Source: Pseudomonadota bacterium (GTDB lineage Bacteria > Pseudomonadota > Gammaproteobacteria > JAKAQQ01). From it: a stretch of DNA of 64,000 nt. Below are positions 1 through 9,017 of this stretch, in pieces (position 1 is the first letter of the stretch; every line of letters begins with the position of its first letter). Made by a program: the position numbers and the translations under genes. Location of the stretch: contig DAHVLZ010000042.1 in NCBI GenBank assembly GCA_027320085.1, positions 31,319 to 95,318 of the forward strand, given 5' to 3'. The notes below the pieces were generated by a model. It had not been told where the DNA came from. It did no database searches and saw nothing but the letters and a program-made list of their open reading frames with translations.

Positions 1-84
1 GGAGGGTTTGCCATCAGCCGCCGGCTGAAGTCCACCCCACCGCGCAACCACCGCCTCCTGTGGAATGCCGAGTTTACACACGGG

Positions 85-2325
85 GTGCGGGAAGGTCTCC
101 TCTGGCTCAGTTTTTCCGTGGCTGCAATTCTTTTTCTGTCTTTGCTGAGCTACAGCCCGTCTGATCCCAGTTTTACCTTCGCCGGTTCCGGGTCGCAAAT
201 CCATAACTGGATGGGTCCCTTCGGCGCCTGGACTTCTGACCTCTTGTTTTTGCTGTGGGGCTGGTCCGCCTACCTCCTGCCGGCCGGCCTGGCCGGGCTG
301 GGGCTTCTCATCCACAAACCGCCGATCCTGCGTTCCCGGCGTGAACTCTGGCTCAGAACCGGTGGCGGAATCGTGACCGTGATTGCCCTGAGCGGGTTTT
401 TCTCGAACTGGCATCCGGACTCCGTGCTGCCGGCGGGGCCAGGCGGGGTCATTGGATTCGAGGTGGCGCACGGGAGCCAGGCGATCCTGAATCCTGGTGG
501 AACCGCCCTTTTGCTCGTGGCCCTGATTCTGGCCGGGATTTCCCTGAGCACCCGCTGGTCATGGCTGGGGTTGCTGCGCTGGTTGGGGGGGGATGTCCTG
601 AGGCGGGGGCTCCACGGTTTGTGGGCCGGGATCGCTCGTCTGGGAAGACGCTCCGAAGCGCCCCCGGCCCGGCCCCGTCCCGACCCGCTGGGTCCTGACG
701 AGCCGGGTGCGCCGAGGAGCGAGATCCGGATCGAGCCCACCGTCGAACGAGTGGAGCCGGGATTGCGTTTTGAAACGGAGCGGCAGCAGATCCTGTTCAG
801 GGAGATTGGGGGGGTCGAGCGTCCGCCCCTGACGCTCCTCGATACACCGACCGAGCCCATGGGCCGCTACTCGGAACAGGCCCTTTCAAGCATGTCCCAG
901 ATTGTGGAGCTCAAGCTCAAGGATTTCGGGATTGCAGCCCGGGTCAGTGCGGTCACTCCCGGACCGGTCGTGACCCGTTTTGAACTGGAGCCGGCTCCCG
1001 GGGTCAAGGTCAGCCAGATCACCAGTCTGGTCAAGGATCTGGCTCGTGCCCTGTCGGTTGTGAGTGTACGGGTAGTCGAAAACATTCCCGGAAAATCTGC
1101 CGTGGGACTCGAGGTGCCCAACGAGAAACGAGAAATCGTGACCCTCGGGGAAATTCTCTGTTCGCGTGCCTACGAATCGGCCTCGTCCCCCCTGACCCTG
1201 GCCCTGGGAAAGGATATCAGCGGGCAACCGGTTGTGACGGACCTCGAGCGCATGCCCCACCTGCTCATTGCCGGCACGACGGGGTCGGGAAAATCGGTGG
1301 CCCTGAACGCGATGATCCTGAGCCTGCTTTATAAATCCACACCAGAGCAGATCCGGCTGATCCTCGTCGATCCCAAAATGCTCGAGCTTTCGGTCTATCA
1401 GGGGGTGCCACACCTGATGACCCCGGTTGTGACCGACAGCAAGCAAACGGCCGGGATCCTCCGATGGGCCATCCGCGAAATGGAGCGACGTTACCAGCTC
1501 ATGGCCGATCACGGCGTAAGAAGCCTGGCTGGATACAACCGGAAGGTCCATGAGCTCGCCCTGGATGCGCGTTCCCGCCCCCATCGTCCGGGAGGGGGCT
1601 CGCCGGATTCCACGGGAACGGGAGGGGAAGCGCCGCTTCCGGAGCCCCTGCCTCATCTTGTGATGGTGGTCGATGAACTGGCGGATCTGATGCTGGTTCT
1701 CGGGAAAAAGGTGGATGAGCTCTTTGCCCGCCTGGCACAGAAGGCGAGAGCTTCCGGGATCCATCTCATCCTGGCGACGCAACGGCCTTCGGTGGACGTC
1801 ATCACCGGTCTCATCAAGGCCAATATTCCGGCCCGTATTGCCTTCCAGATCACCTCCAAGACCGATTCCCGGATCATTCTGGACCAGAACGGGGCGGAGG
1901 CCCTGCTCGGGAATGGCGACATGCTGTTCCTGCCGCCGGGTCAGACGCTGCCCCAGCGTGTCCATGGCGCCTATGTGTCCGATAGCGAGGTTCACCGCGT
2001 GGTCAACTGGCTCCGGCAGGCCGGGAGTCCACAGTACATCGATATGGAGATGATCCCGGAGGGCGAGGAGACTGAATCCCTCTTGATTGCCGATCCGTTG
2101 CAACCCACCCTTTTGGGAGACGCGAACGATGAGTTTTATCCGGAAGCGGTTCGCCTGGTTCTCGAGACCCGACGGGCCTCGGTCTCGATGGTGCAGCGAC
2201 GCTTCAGAATCGGTTACAACCGGGCGGCCCGGCTGGTGGAACGCATGGAACAGGAAGGGCTGGTCGGGCCTCTCCAGTCCAATGGCTTCCGGCAGGTTCT
2301 GGTCCCCTCGTCCCATGGGGAATAG
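85..2325 (+). CDS. ftsK: DNA translocase FtsK (true start probably upstream; the frame is open to the window edge, candidate ATC at 13)
   Basis: N-terminal TM helices (SYSPSDPS...GAWTSDLLF), Walker A AGTTGSGKS, VVDELADLM, ATQRPSVDVITGLIKANIP, C-terminal gamma domain (VQRRFRIGYNRAARL); synteny with lolA-rarA. Confidence 0.97.
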   Translation: MREGLLWLSFSVAAILFLSLLSYSPSDPSFTFAGSGSQIHNWMGPFGAWTSDLLFLLWGWSAYLLPAGLAGLGLLIHKPPILRSRRELWLRTGGGIVTVIALSGFFSNWHPDSVLPAGPGGVIGFEVAHGSQAILNPGGTALLLVALILAGISLSTRWSWLGLLRWLGGDVLRRGLHGLWAGIARLGRRSEAPPARPRPDPLGPDEPGAPRSEIRIEPTVERVEPGLRFETERQQILFREIGGVERPPLTLLDTPTEPMGRYSEQALSSMSQIVELKLKDFGIAARVSAVTPGPVVTRFELEPAPGVKVSQITSLVKDLARALSVVSVRVVENIPGKSAVGLEVPNEKREIVTLGEILCSRAYESASSPLTLALGKDISGQPVVTDLERMPHLLIAGTTGSGKSVALNAMILSLLYKSTPEQIRLILVDPKMLELSVYQGVPHLMTPVVTDSKQTAGILRWAIREMERRYQLMADHGVRSLAGYNRKVHELALDARSRPHRPGGGSPDSTGTGGEAPLPEPLPHLVMVVDELADLMLVLGKKVDELFARLAQKARASGIHLILATQRPSVDVITGLIKANIPARIAFQITSKTDSRIILDQNGAEALLGNGDMLFLPPGQTLPQRVHGAYVSDSEVHRVVNWLRQAGSPQYIDMEMIPEGEETESLLIADPLQPTLLGDANDEFYPEAVRLVLETRRASVSMVQRRFRIGYNRAARLVERMEQEGLVGPLQSNGFRQVLVPSSHGE

Positions 2326-2986
2326 CCGGAAACTCCGACTCCGCACGCCCCTGTGCGGGCTCGGCGTGGCCGGCGTTGTGCTCGGCTTTTGCCTGTGCCT
2401 GCCACTTCCCGCGTGGGCGAGTGCGAGGGGGGGACGAATGTCGGTTGTGGCCCGGCTCGATGGGATCACGACCTTTGCGGCCCGGTTTTCCGAGACGGTG
2501 TCGGATCCGGCCCTCAAGACCCACCGTCATCATCGGGGACGGGTCTGGATCGAAAGACCCAACCGCTTTCGCTGGGTCTACAAGACACCCCATGCGGAGA
2601 CCATCGTCTCGAACGGCCGGGCACTTTGGGTGTACGACATCGCGCTCGAGCAGGTCACCGTCCGTCCATTGTCCCGGGGTCTGGGTTCGACCCCGGCCAT
2701 GCTGCTCGCGGGAACCCGGTCCCTGAACCGGCTTTTTGTGATCCGGAAGCTCGGTTTGACCGCGGGCCTGGCCTGGTACCGGTTTACCCCCCGCGCCCAT
2801 CGTGGAACCTTCCGGCGCGTCGAAATCGGTTTTCAGGGGAGGACCTTGCGGGTCATGAAGTTGTGGGATCGCCTGGGTGAGGAGACCGAAATCCGGTTTT
2901 CCCATATCCGGATCAACGGGCCCGTGAGCCCCCGTCTGTTCCGGCTTCGGGTACCCTCCGGAGTCGCTGTCATCGGTCACCCCTGA
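2315..2986 (+). CDS. lolA: Outer-membrane lipoprotein chaperone LolA
   Basis: Signal peptide ending PAWA; RPNRFRW, IVSNG-LWVYD-LEQVT, TPAMLL motifs; between ftsK and rarA; ATG 2315 overlaps the ftsK end. Confidence 0.93.
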   Translation: MGNSRKLRLRTPLCGLGVAGVVLGFCLCLPLPAWASARGGRMSVVARLDGITTFAARFSETVSDPALKTHRHHRGRVWIERPNRFRWVYKTPHAETIVSNGRALWVYDIALEQVTVRPLSRGLGSTPAMLLAGTRSLNRLFVIRKLGLTAGLAWYRFTPRAHRGTFRRVEIGFQGRTLRVMKLWDRLGEETEIRFSHIRINGPVSPRLFRLRVPSGVAVIGHP

Positions 2987-2991
2987 GGGGG

Positions 2992-4299
2992 GTGAATGTG
3001 TCGCGCCACGATGTGGTTCCCCTGTCCGAGCAGTTGCGACCCCATCGCGTCGAGGATTTCCTGGGCCAGGAACATCTGCGTGGATCCGGAGGACCCCTGT
3101 CAGCCCGGGCTGACCGGCCGAGTTCCATGGTTTTCTGGGGGCCGCCGGGGACCGGGAAAACGACGTTAGCCCGGCTTTTGGCCTCGAGATGGAAGGCGGT
3201 TTTCCTGGCTTTGTCCGCGGTCGAATCAGGAGTCCGGGATCTGCGGACGGCGGCCGAGTCGGCCCGCCGGGAGGAGACCCAGCCAACCCTCCTGTTTGTT
3301 GACGAGATCCACCGTTTTTCCAAAAACCAGCAGGACGTCCTCTTGCCTTATCTCGAGGACGGAACCTTGTTTCTCCTGGGAGCGACGACCGAGAATCCGG
3401 GATTTGCCCTGACGGGTGCCCTGCTTTCCCGTGTCCGTGTTTTCCCCCTTCACCCGCTGGAACCGGAGGCACTCGGAATCCTCTTGGAACGTGCGGAAAG
3501 TCACTGCCAGGAGAAACTGGGGCTGGCCGTCTCCTGGGGCCCGGGGGTCCGGGAGAACGCACTTCACTCAGCCCAGGGAGATGCCCGGAAGCTCCTGCAG
3601 GGACTTGAGGCGCTGGTGGGCGGCATCGCCCCAGGCTCCGGTCGGGTCACGGTCGAATCCGGGGACTGGGAACAGGCCATGGGCCGGATCCTCCCCCGTA
3701 TGGATCGGGATGGCGATTGGTTTTACGATTTATTGTCCGCCTTGCATAAGAGTATCCGCGGTTCGGATCCGGATGCTGCGCTGTACTGGCTCACCCGCTT
3801 CACTGACGCGGGGGGAGATCCGCGCGTCGTGGCACGGCGGATGGTCCGCGCCGCCTCGGAGGATATTGGCAACGCGGACCCGGCGGCACTGGGACTGGCT
3901 CTCCATGCCTGGGAGAGCTACGAACGGCTGGGAGAGCCGGAAGGATTGCTGGCACTGGCCCAAGCCGTGATTTACCTTGCGGCGGCGGAAAAGAGCACCG
4001 CGGTCTACCGGGCGTCAAGCGCCGTGCAAAACCGGATCCGTGAAACCGGGTCCCTGCCGGTCCCCTTGCACCTGCGCAATGCGCCGACTGCCTTTGCGAA
4101 AACGTTGGGTCATGGGCGCGGGTACCGCTATGACCCGAACGAACCGGGAGGGCATGCGACGGGCCAGACCTATCTCCCCGAATCCTTGCTGGGCTCCATC
4201 TTTTATGAGCCTTCGGACCGGGGCTTTGAAAGGAGGTTGGCCGAGCGCTTGCTGAAATGGCGGGAGCAGGCGCAACCCAGGAAGGCGCCAGATGACTGA
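2992..4299 (+). CDS. rarA: Replication-associated recombination protein A (MgsA/RarA AAA+ ATPase)
   Basis: WGPPGTGKTT, FVDEIHRF, GATTENP, SALHKSIRGSDPDAALYW, VPLHLRNAPT. Confidence 0.96.
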   Translation: MNVSRHDVVPLSEQLRPHRVEDFLGQEHLRGSGGPLSARADRPSSMVFWGPPGTGKTTLARLLASRWKAVFLALSAVESGVRDLRTAAESARREETQPTLLFVDEIHRFSKNQQDVLLPYLEDGTLFLLGATTENPGFALTGALLSRVRVFPLHPLEPEALGILLERAESHCQEKLGLAVSWGPGVRENALHSAQGDARKLLQGLEALVGGIAPGSGRVTVESGDWEQAMGRILPRMDRDGDWFYDLLSALHKSIRGSDPDAALYWLTRFTDAGGDPRVVARRMVRAASEDIGNADPAALGLALHAWESYERLGEPEGLLALAQAVIYLAAAEKSTAVYRASSAVQNRIRETGSLPVPLHLRNAPTAFAKTLGHGRGYRYDPNEPGGHATGQTYLPESLLGSIFYEPSDRGFERRLAERLLKWREQAQPRKAPDD

Positions 4300-4472
4300 A
4301 AGAAAACCGGCAACGCCCCAAGTGCGGCAGGAGCGACAGTCAGTGGATCTCGGGACCGTTTTCGAATGGGATGTGTCCAAGGGTCTCAGGCCACCTCGAC
4401 CTGAAGCCGATGCCATCCCTGGGGAAACAGGGTATCCTGCGGGGGCTGGGCCTCATGCGAATGGGAGGCGGA

Positions 4473-4778
4473 ATGGAACGTGCGTTCAAGTCCTTTTCGG
4501 ATTTCTACCGGTTCTATCTGGTCGAACACTCGGACGTGAACTGCCGCCGACTGCATTTTGCCGGCAGTGCGCTTGTCCTCTGTGACGTGGGCTGGGCAAT
4601 GGTCAGCCGGGATGGCTGGTGGTTACTGCTGGCTCCCGTACTGGGTTACGGTTTCGCCTGGACCGGCCATTTTTTCTTCCAAAAAAACCGCCCCGCGACC
4701 TTCCGTTATCCGCTCTGGAGCCTGTGGGGCGACTGGCGGATGTTCTGGGACATCCTGAGAGGACATCTTTCGATCTGA
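4473..4778 (+). CDS. DUF962/Mpo1-like small membrane protein
   Basis: F-SF-DFY-FYL-EH...RRLHF-G, GYGFAW-GHFFF-KNRPATF-YP-WSL-GD; GGAGG at 4464-4468 before ATG 4473. Confidence 0.85.
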   Translation: MERAFKSFSDFYRFYLVEHSDVNCRRLHFAGSALVLCDVGWAMVSRDGWWLLLAPVLGYGFAWTGHFFFQKNRPATFRYPLWSLWGDWRMFWDILRGHLSI

Positions 4779-4868
4779 GACGAGGGCCCAGAGCCCGGCG
4801 ATCCCCCTCCGGCACCGCGACGGGGTTTGGGTAATACTAACGCGTCATTTTGCTGTCCTTGCCGACTC

Positions 4869-5429
4869 ATGCTTGGTGCTTCCCCACTCTGGTCCGGAGT
4901 TGCCCTCCTGGGACTTCTCTTGGCCGTCGGACTGCTCGCCTATGGTGCCCATCGTCTCTGGCGCCGTCGCCGGACGCCGAAACTGGTCCAGCTTTTCCGT
5001 CCCTTGACTCCCCGGATCAGGGCGAACCTCCTTCTGCCGGATGGTCTGGGTTCGACCCTTCCGATCGATGGGGTCGTTCTTACTGGACAGAAGTTGCATG
5101 CGATCCAGCTCTTCAGGATCGAGGGCTCGGTTTTCGGTTCCGCCAACATGAATGAATGGACGGTTCTGGGCCGAGCGGGACGATGGACCTTTCCCAACCC
5201 GCTTCTGACCGGACCCCTGCGGATTCTGGCCCTCCAGGAACAGTTGGCGGAGCGAATCCCCGTCCAGGTGGATTACGTCTTTTGGGGTGACTGCAACTTT
5301 CCCAAGGGAAAGGAGGACGGGGTGTTCGAGCTTACCGAATATCTCGCCTCCATGCGGGGTGAGATCAGCCTGTCCGGCGAACCACCTCAATCATGGCAGG
5401 AGGCCTGGGGTCGACTGGATCGGGTTTAG
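4869..5429 (+). CDS. Membrane-anchored NERD (nuclease-related domain) protein, catalytic motif degenerate
   Basis: N-terminal TM helix followed by an Arg run; LPDG...IDGVVLT...G-VFG...EWT...FPNPL resembles NERD; start uncertain (4827-4869). Confidence 0.7.
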   Translation: MLGASPLWSGVALLGLLLAVGLLAYGAHRLWRRRRTPKLVQLFRPLTPRIRANLLLPDGLGSTLPIDGVVLTGQKLHAIQLFRIEGSVFGSANMNEWTVLGRAGRWTFPNPLLTGPLRILALQEQLAERIPVQVDYVFWGDCNFPKGKEDGVFELTEYLASMRGEISLSGEPPQSWQEAWGRLDRV

Positions 5430-6850
5430 CGGAAGTCACCCGTGTAGGCCGTGAGGAGATCCTGGAGACAAGCCGTCAATCGGATGGCGGTGGAGAGGTG
5501 CAGGAACTCATTCGGGCCGTGGGCGTTGGATTCCGGGCCGAGTACGCCGGTCACGAAGTATTGGGCTTCCGGATACCGGTCGGCCAGCATTTTCATAAAG
5601 GGGATGGATCCGCCGGTGCCCATCGCGAGGGCCGGCTGACCGAAATGGCGTCTCGAGGTGGCATCCAGCGCCCTTTTGAGCCAGGGAGCCGTGACCGGGG
5701 CATTCCAGCCGGGTAGGGCCGAGATGACCTTGAGTTGGACGGGAACCTGGAAAGGAGCCGGCGCGGCCAGCACCGCTTCCAGCGCGGAGACGGCCTTTGA
5801 AACCTCGAGGGTGGGAGGCAGCCGGAAGGACAGTTTGAGTGTGGTGTGGGGGCGCAGGACATTGCCCCCGATACGGGCGGGTGGAAGTCCCTCGGCACCC
5901 GTGATTTCCAATGTCGGAGCCCAGGTATTTTCAAGCAGGGCCTCTTCCGGATCTTCCGAGCGGGGACGCGTGCTCCCGGCGAAGGGGAACCGTTCCCAGA
6001 CGAGGTTCTTGAGGGTCCGGGCGGCCTGCCGGATCTCAGCCTCACGATCGGAGGGAATGGTGACATGAAGCGCCTCGAGCCGGATCCGTCCATTCCGTGA
6101 ATCCTCGATCCGGTCGAGGAGATTTCGGAGAATCTGGAAACTCGAAGGAACAATGCCGCCGGCCGTACCGGAATGAACGCCCTCGGTCAGGGTTTGGGTA
6201 TTGAGTTCGGCGATGAGGTTGCCCCGCAAAGACGTGGTGTACCAGAGTTGCTCGTAGTTGCCGCACTCGGCGTCCAGGCAGACGATGAGACCCGGTGTGC
6301 CCACCCGGTCTGCAAGATCTTCCAGGTAGGCGGAAAGGTCGGGGCTCCCGCTTTCCTCTGAACATTCGATCAGGGTCAGGAGACGTGGGCAGGGAACGCC
6401 CTCGGCCTGAAGTTGGCGCAGGGTGGCGACAATCGAGAAAATGGCATATCCGTCATCCGCGCCTCCCCGGCCATAAAGCCGTCCATCTTGCAGGACCGGG
6501 GTCCAGGGGCCGAGTCCGGCTCGCCACCCATCGAACTCCGGCTGTTTGTCCAGATGGCCATAAAGAAGGACGGGCGGTTGGCTGCTCCGGCTCGGATGGG
6601 ATTGGGTTTCAACCGAGAGCAGGGGAGTCGCACCGTCCCGTTCTTGGATTTCCACGGTGGCAAGATCCCGTAGCTGGGCCTGACACCAGTCCCGGACCAG
6701 GCGAATGGCCTGATCCATATGGCCATGGGCTTTCCAGTCCGGGTCAAAGGCCGGTGAACGGTTGGGAATCCGGATGTAGTCCTCGAGGGTCGGGAGGATC
6801 GAGGTCTGCCAGAAGTGGTCGGTGGCTGCGGGGAGGGTCGGGTGGCTCAT
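5426..6850 (-). CDS. M20 family metallopeptidase (ArgE/DapE/dipeptidase-like)
   Basis: YGHLDKQP, LYGRGGADDG, SEESGS, GGSIP, HGPNE motifs. Confidence 0.92.
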   Translation of the reverse strand: MSHPTLPAATDHFWQTSILPTLEDYIRIPNRSPAFDPDWKAHGHMDQAIRLVRDWCQAQLRDLATVEIQERDGATPLLSVETQSHPSRSSQPPVLLYGHLDKQPEFDGWRAGLGPWTPVLQDGRLYGRGGADDGYAIFSIVATLRQLQAEGVPCPRLLTLIECSEESGSPDLSAYLEDLADRVGTPGLIVCLDAECGNYEQLWYTTSLRGNLIAELNTQTLTEGVHSGTAGGIVPSSFQILRNLLDRIEDSRNGRIRLEALHVTIPSDREAEIRQAARTLKNLVWERFPFAGSTRPRSEDPEEALLENTWAPTLEITGAEGLPPARIGGNVLRPHTTLKLSFRLPPTLEVSKAVSALEAVLAAPAPFQVPVQLKVISALPGWNAPVTAPWLKRALDATSRRHFGQPALAMGTGGSIPFMKMLADRYPEAQYFVTGVLGPESNAHGPNEFLHLSTAIRLTACLQDLLTAYTGDFR

Positions 6851-7668
6851 GAGCGAGGCATCTCCTGGAAGTCCGGCCGGGGCCGGAAAAAGTCGAGGGT
6901 GTTGGTCCTGAGCCGGATTGCGAGGTCAGCGGGATCCCGGTTCAGGTGGGTGGCGAGGAATGCGGCGATATGGGGCAGGAAAGCCGGCTCATTGCGCCGG
7001 TTCCGCGGAGGGTGGGGGAGGGTTCGGGGAAGGAGGTAGGGAGCGTCGGTTTCGATCAGGAGGCGGTCTTCTGGGATTCTGGAGAGCAGCGGCAACAGAT
7101 GGCGGCCGCGCCGCTCGTCGCAGATCCAGCCGGTCAGTCCGATCCAAAGACCCATCGAGAGATAACGGTCAAGTTCTGCGGCGGTTCCGGTAAAGCAGTG
7201 GATGACGGCCTTGGGGAGGGCGGAACCGGCACTCCCGAGTATGGCCCGCATGTCCGCATGGGCATCGCGTTCATGCAGGAAGAGGGGCTTGCCGACCCGG
7301 ATGGCAAGATCCACCTGCTTTTCGAAAATGCGTTGCTGCTGACCCGGTTCGGACAGGTTCCGGAAGTAATCCAGGCCGCATTCACCGATGGCCACGGCCT
7401 CCGGCCGTTCGGCGAAAGTGGTGACGGTCTCCCAGTCTCCCTCACGCATCTCTCCGGCTTCATGCGGGTGGATCCCCGAGGTGATCCAGAAGTGATCCGG
7501 GTAACGCTGGCGTAACTGTTCCCCCGCCAACACCCCGGGCCCGTTGCAGGAGGTGAGAATCATCCGTTCGACCCCGGCCTCAATGGCCCGTGCAATGACG
7601 GCGTCCCGGTCCGGGTCGAAACGGGAATGGGTGAGGTTGGCGCCAATATCAATCCACATCCATTTCAC
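6847..7668 (-). CDS. tatD: TatD family hydrolase/DNase
   Basis: IDIGANL, GIHPH, IGECGLDY, FLHERDAH, VIHCFTG, ETDAPYL; ATGA overlap with the M20 gene. Confidence 0.93.
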   Translation of the reverse strand: MKWMWIDIGANLTHSRFDPDRDAVIARAIEAGVERMILTSCNGPGVLAGEQLRQRYPDHFWITSGIHPHEAGEMREGDWETVTTFAERPEAVAIGECGLDYFRNLSEPGQQQRIFEKQVDLAIRVGKPLFLHERDAHADMRAILGSAGSALPKAVIHCFTGTAAELDRYLSMGLWIGLTGWICDERRGRHLLPLLSRIPEDRLLIETDAPYLLPRTLPHPPRNRRNEPAFLPHIAAFLATHLNRDPADLAIRLRTNTLDFFRPRPDFQEMPRS

Positions 7669-7770
7669 CCGAGGTCATGTGCGCCGTCGGAACAACGCTG
7701 GCCGGATTCCGGTGAAAAGTCGGGTGGTCTCTTGGCGGGACGGCATGAGGAGAGGCGGGCGATCCGTCGC

Positions 7771-8961
7771 TTAGGCAAAGTATTCCCGAAGACGCGTCAC
7801 GGCGGCTTCCAGGATTTTTTCATCGGTGGCATAGGAGAGACGGAGATGCCCAGGTGCTCCGAATGCGGATCCGGGGACCACGGCAACCCCCGTCTGCTCG
7901 AGCAGTGCGCGGGCGAGACCCATATCGCCATCGATTTCGGGGTGTCTTGCGAGGTAGGCCCTGCAATCCGCGAAAGCATAGAAGGTCCCATCCGCCGGCT
8001 GGACCCGGATTCCGTCAATCTGGTTCAGTTGCGGAACGAGAAAGTCGTGTCGGCCATGGTAGGTTTCCACCATGTGTTCAATCTCGGCCGGGCTCCCCCG
8101 CAAAGCGGCCTCCGCCGCGGCCTGCGCGATGGAATTCGGGTTTGAGACGGTATGCGACTGGAAATCCACCAGGCTGCGGATGAGAGTCGCAGGGCCGGCC
8201 GCGTACCCGATTCTCCAGCCGGTCATGGCATGTGACTTGGATACCCCGTTGATCACGACACAACGACCCACGAGATCCGGGCAGACCATGGGAAGATTCA
8301 GGAAGGGAAGTCCCTGCCAGAGAATTTTCTCATATAAATCATCGGAGGCAATGAGCACTTGGGGATGACGCCGGAGAATGGAACCGATGGCCTCAAGCTG
8401 GGCCCGGGGATAGTGAATGCCGGTGGGATTGCCTGGACTGTTCAAGATCAGGAGTCGGGTCGGAGGCCTCAGCGAGGCCTCCAGGGCATCCAGATCCACC
8501 GTGTAGCGGTTTTGCGCATCGGTTGGGAGAACGAGACACCCGGCCCCGGAGAGCCGGATGATATCCGGATAGGAAACCCAGTAAGGGGCGAGGATCACGG
8601 CCCGGTCCCCGGGATTGAGCAGGCATTGGGCCAGGGCGTAAAGCGCGTATTTGGCACCGGGAGTGACCACGATTGAAGTCACCGGATAGTCGAGACGGTT
8701 GTCCGCCCTGAATTTGGCCTGGATGGCTTCCCGGAGCGAGAGCGTGCCGGCGCTCGGCGTGTACCGGGTGAGTCCACGATCCATGGCGTCCAGGGCGGCT
8801 TTCCGGACGAATGCCGGTGTGTCAAAATCGGGTTCACCAACCGACAGGTTCAAGATGGATCGGCCGCCCTGCTGGAGGGTGGCCGCGAGAGCGGCAATGG
8901 CCAGGGTGGGCGAAGGCTCAATCCCTTCGAGCCTTTTGGCAATGGTCACGGATGCAGTCAT
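7771..8961 (-). CDS. PLP-dependent class I aminotransferase (aspartate aminotransferase-like)
   Basis: GEPDFDTP, PYWVSY, NSPGNPTG, SDDLYE, NGVSKSHAMTGWRIG; divergent from uvrB as in many proteobacteria. Confidence 0.93.
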   Translation of the reverse strand: MTASVTIAKRLEGIEPSPTLAIAALAATLQQGGRSILNLSVGEPDFDTPAFVRKAALDAMDRGLTRYTPSAGTLSLREAIQAKFRADNRLDYPVTSIVVTPGAKYALYALAQCLLNPGDRAVILAPYWVSYPDIIRLSGAGCLVLPTDAQNRYTVDLDALEASLRPPTRLLILNSPGNPTGIHYPRAQLEAIGSILRRHPQVLIASDDLYEKILWQGLPFLNLPMVCPDLVGRCVVINGVSKSHAMTGWRIGYAAGPATLIRSLVDFQSHTVSNPNSIAQAAAEAALRGSPAEIEHMVETYHGRHDFLVPQLNQIDGIRVQPADGTFYAFADCRAYLARHPEIDGDMGLARALLEQTGVAVVPGSAFGAPGHLRLSYATDEKILEAAVTRLREYFA

Positions 8962-9017
8962 GGGTCTGGTGCAGAAGGCAACGCCCGTTATCATAGGCGC
9001 AAACGGCCGGGAAAGTC

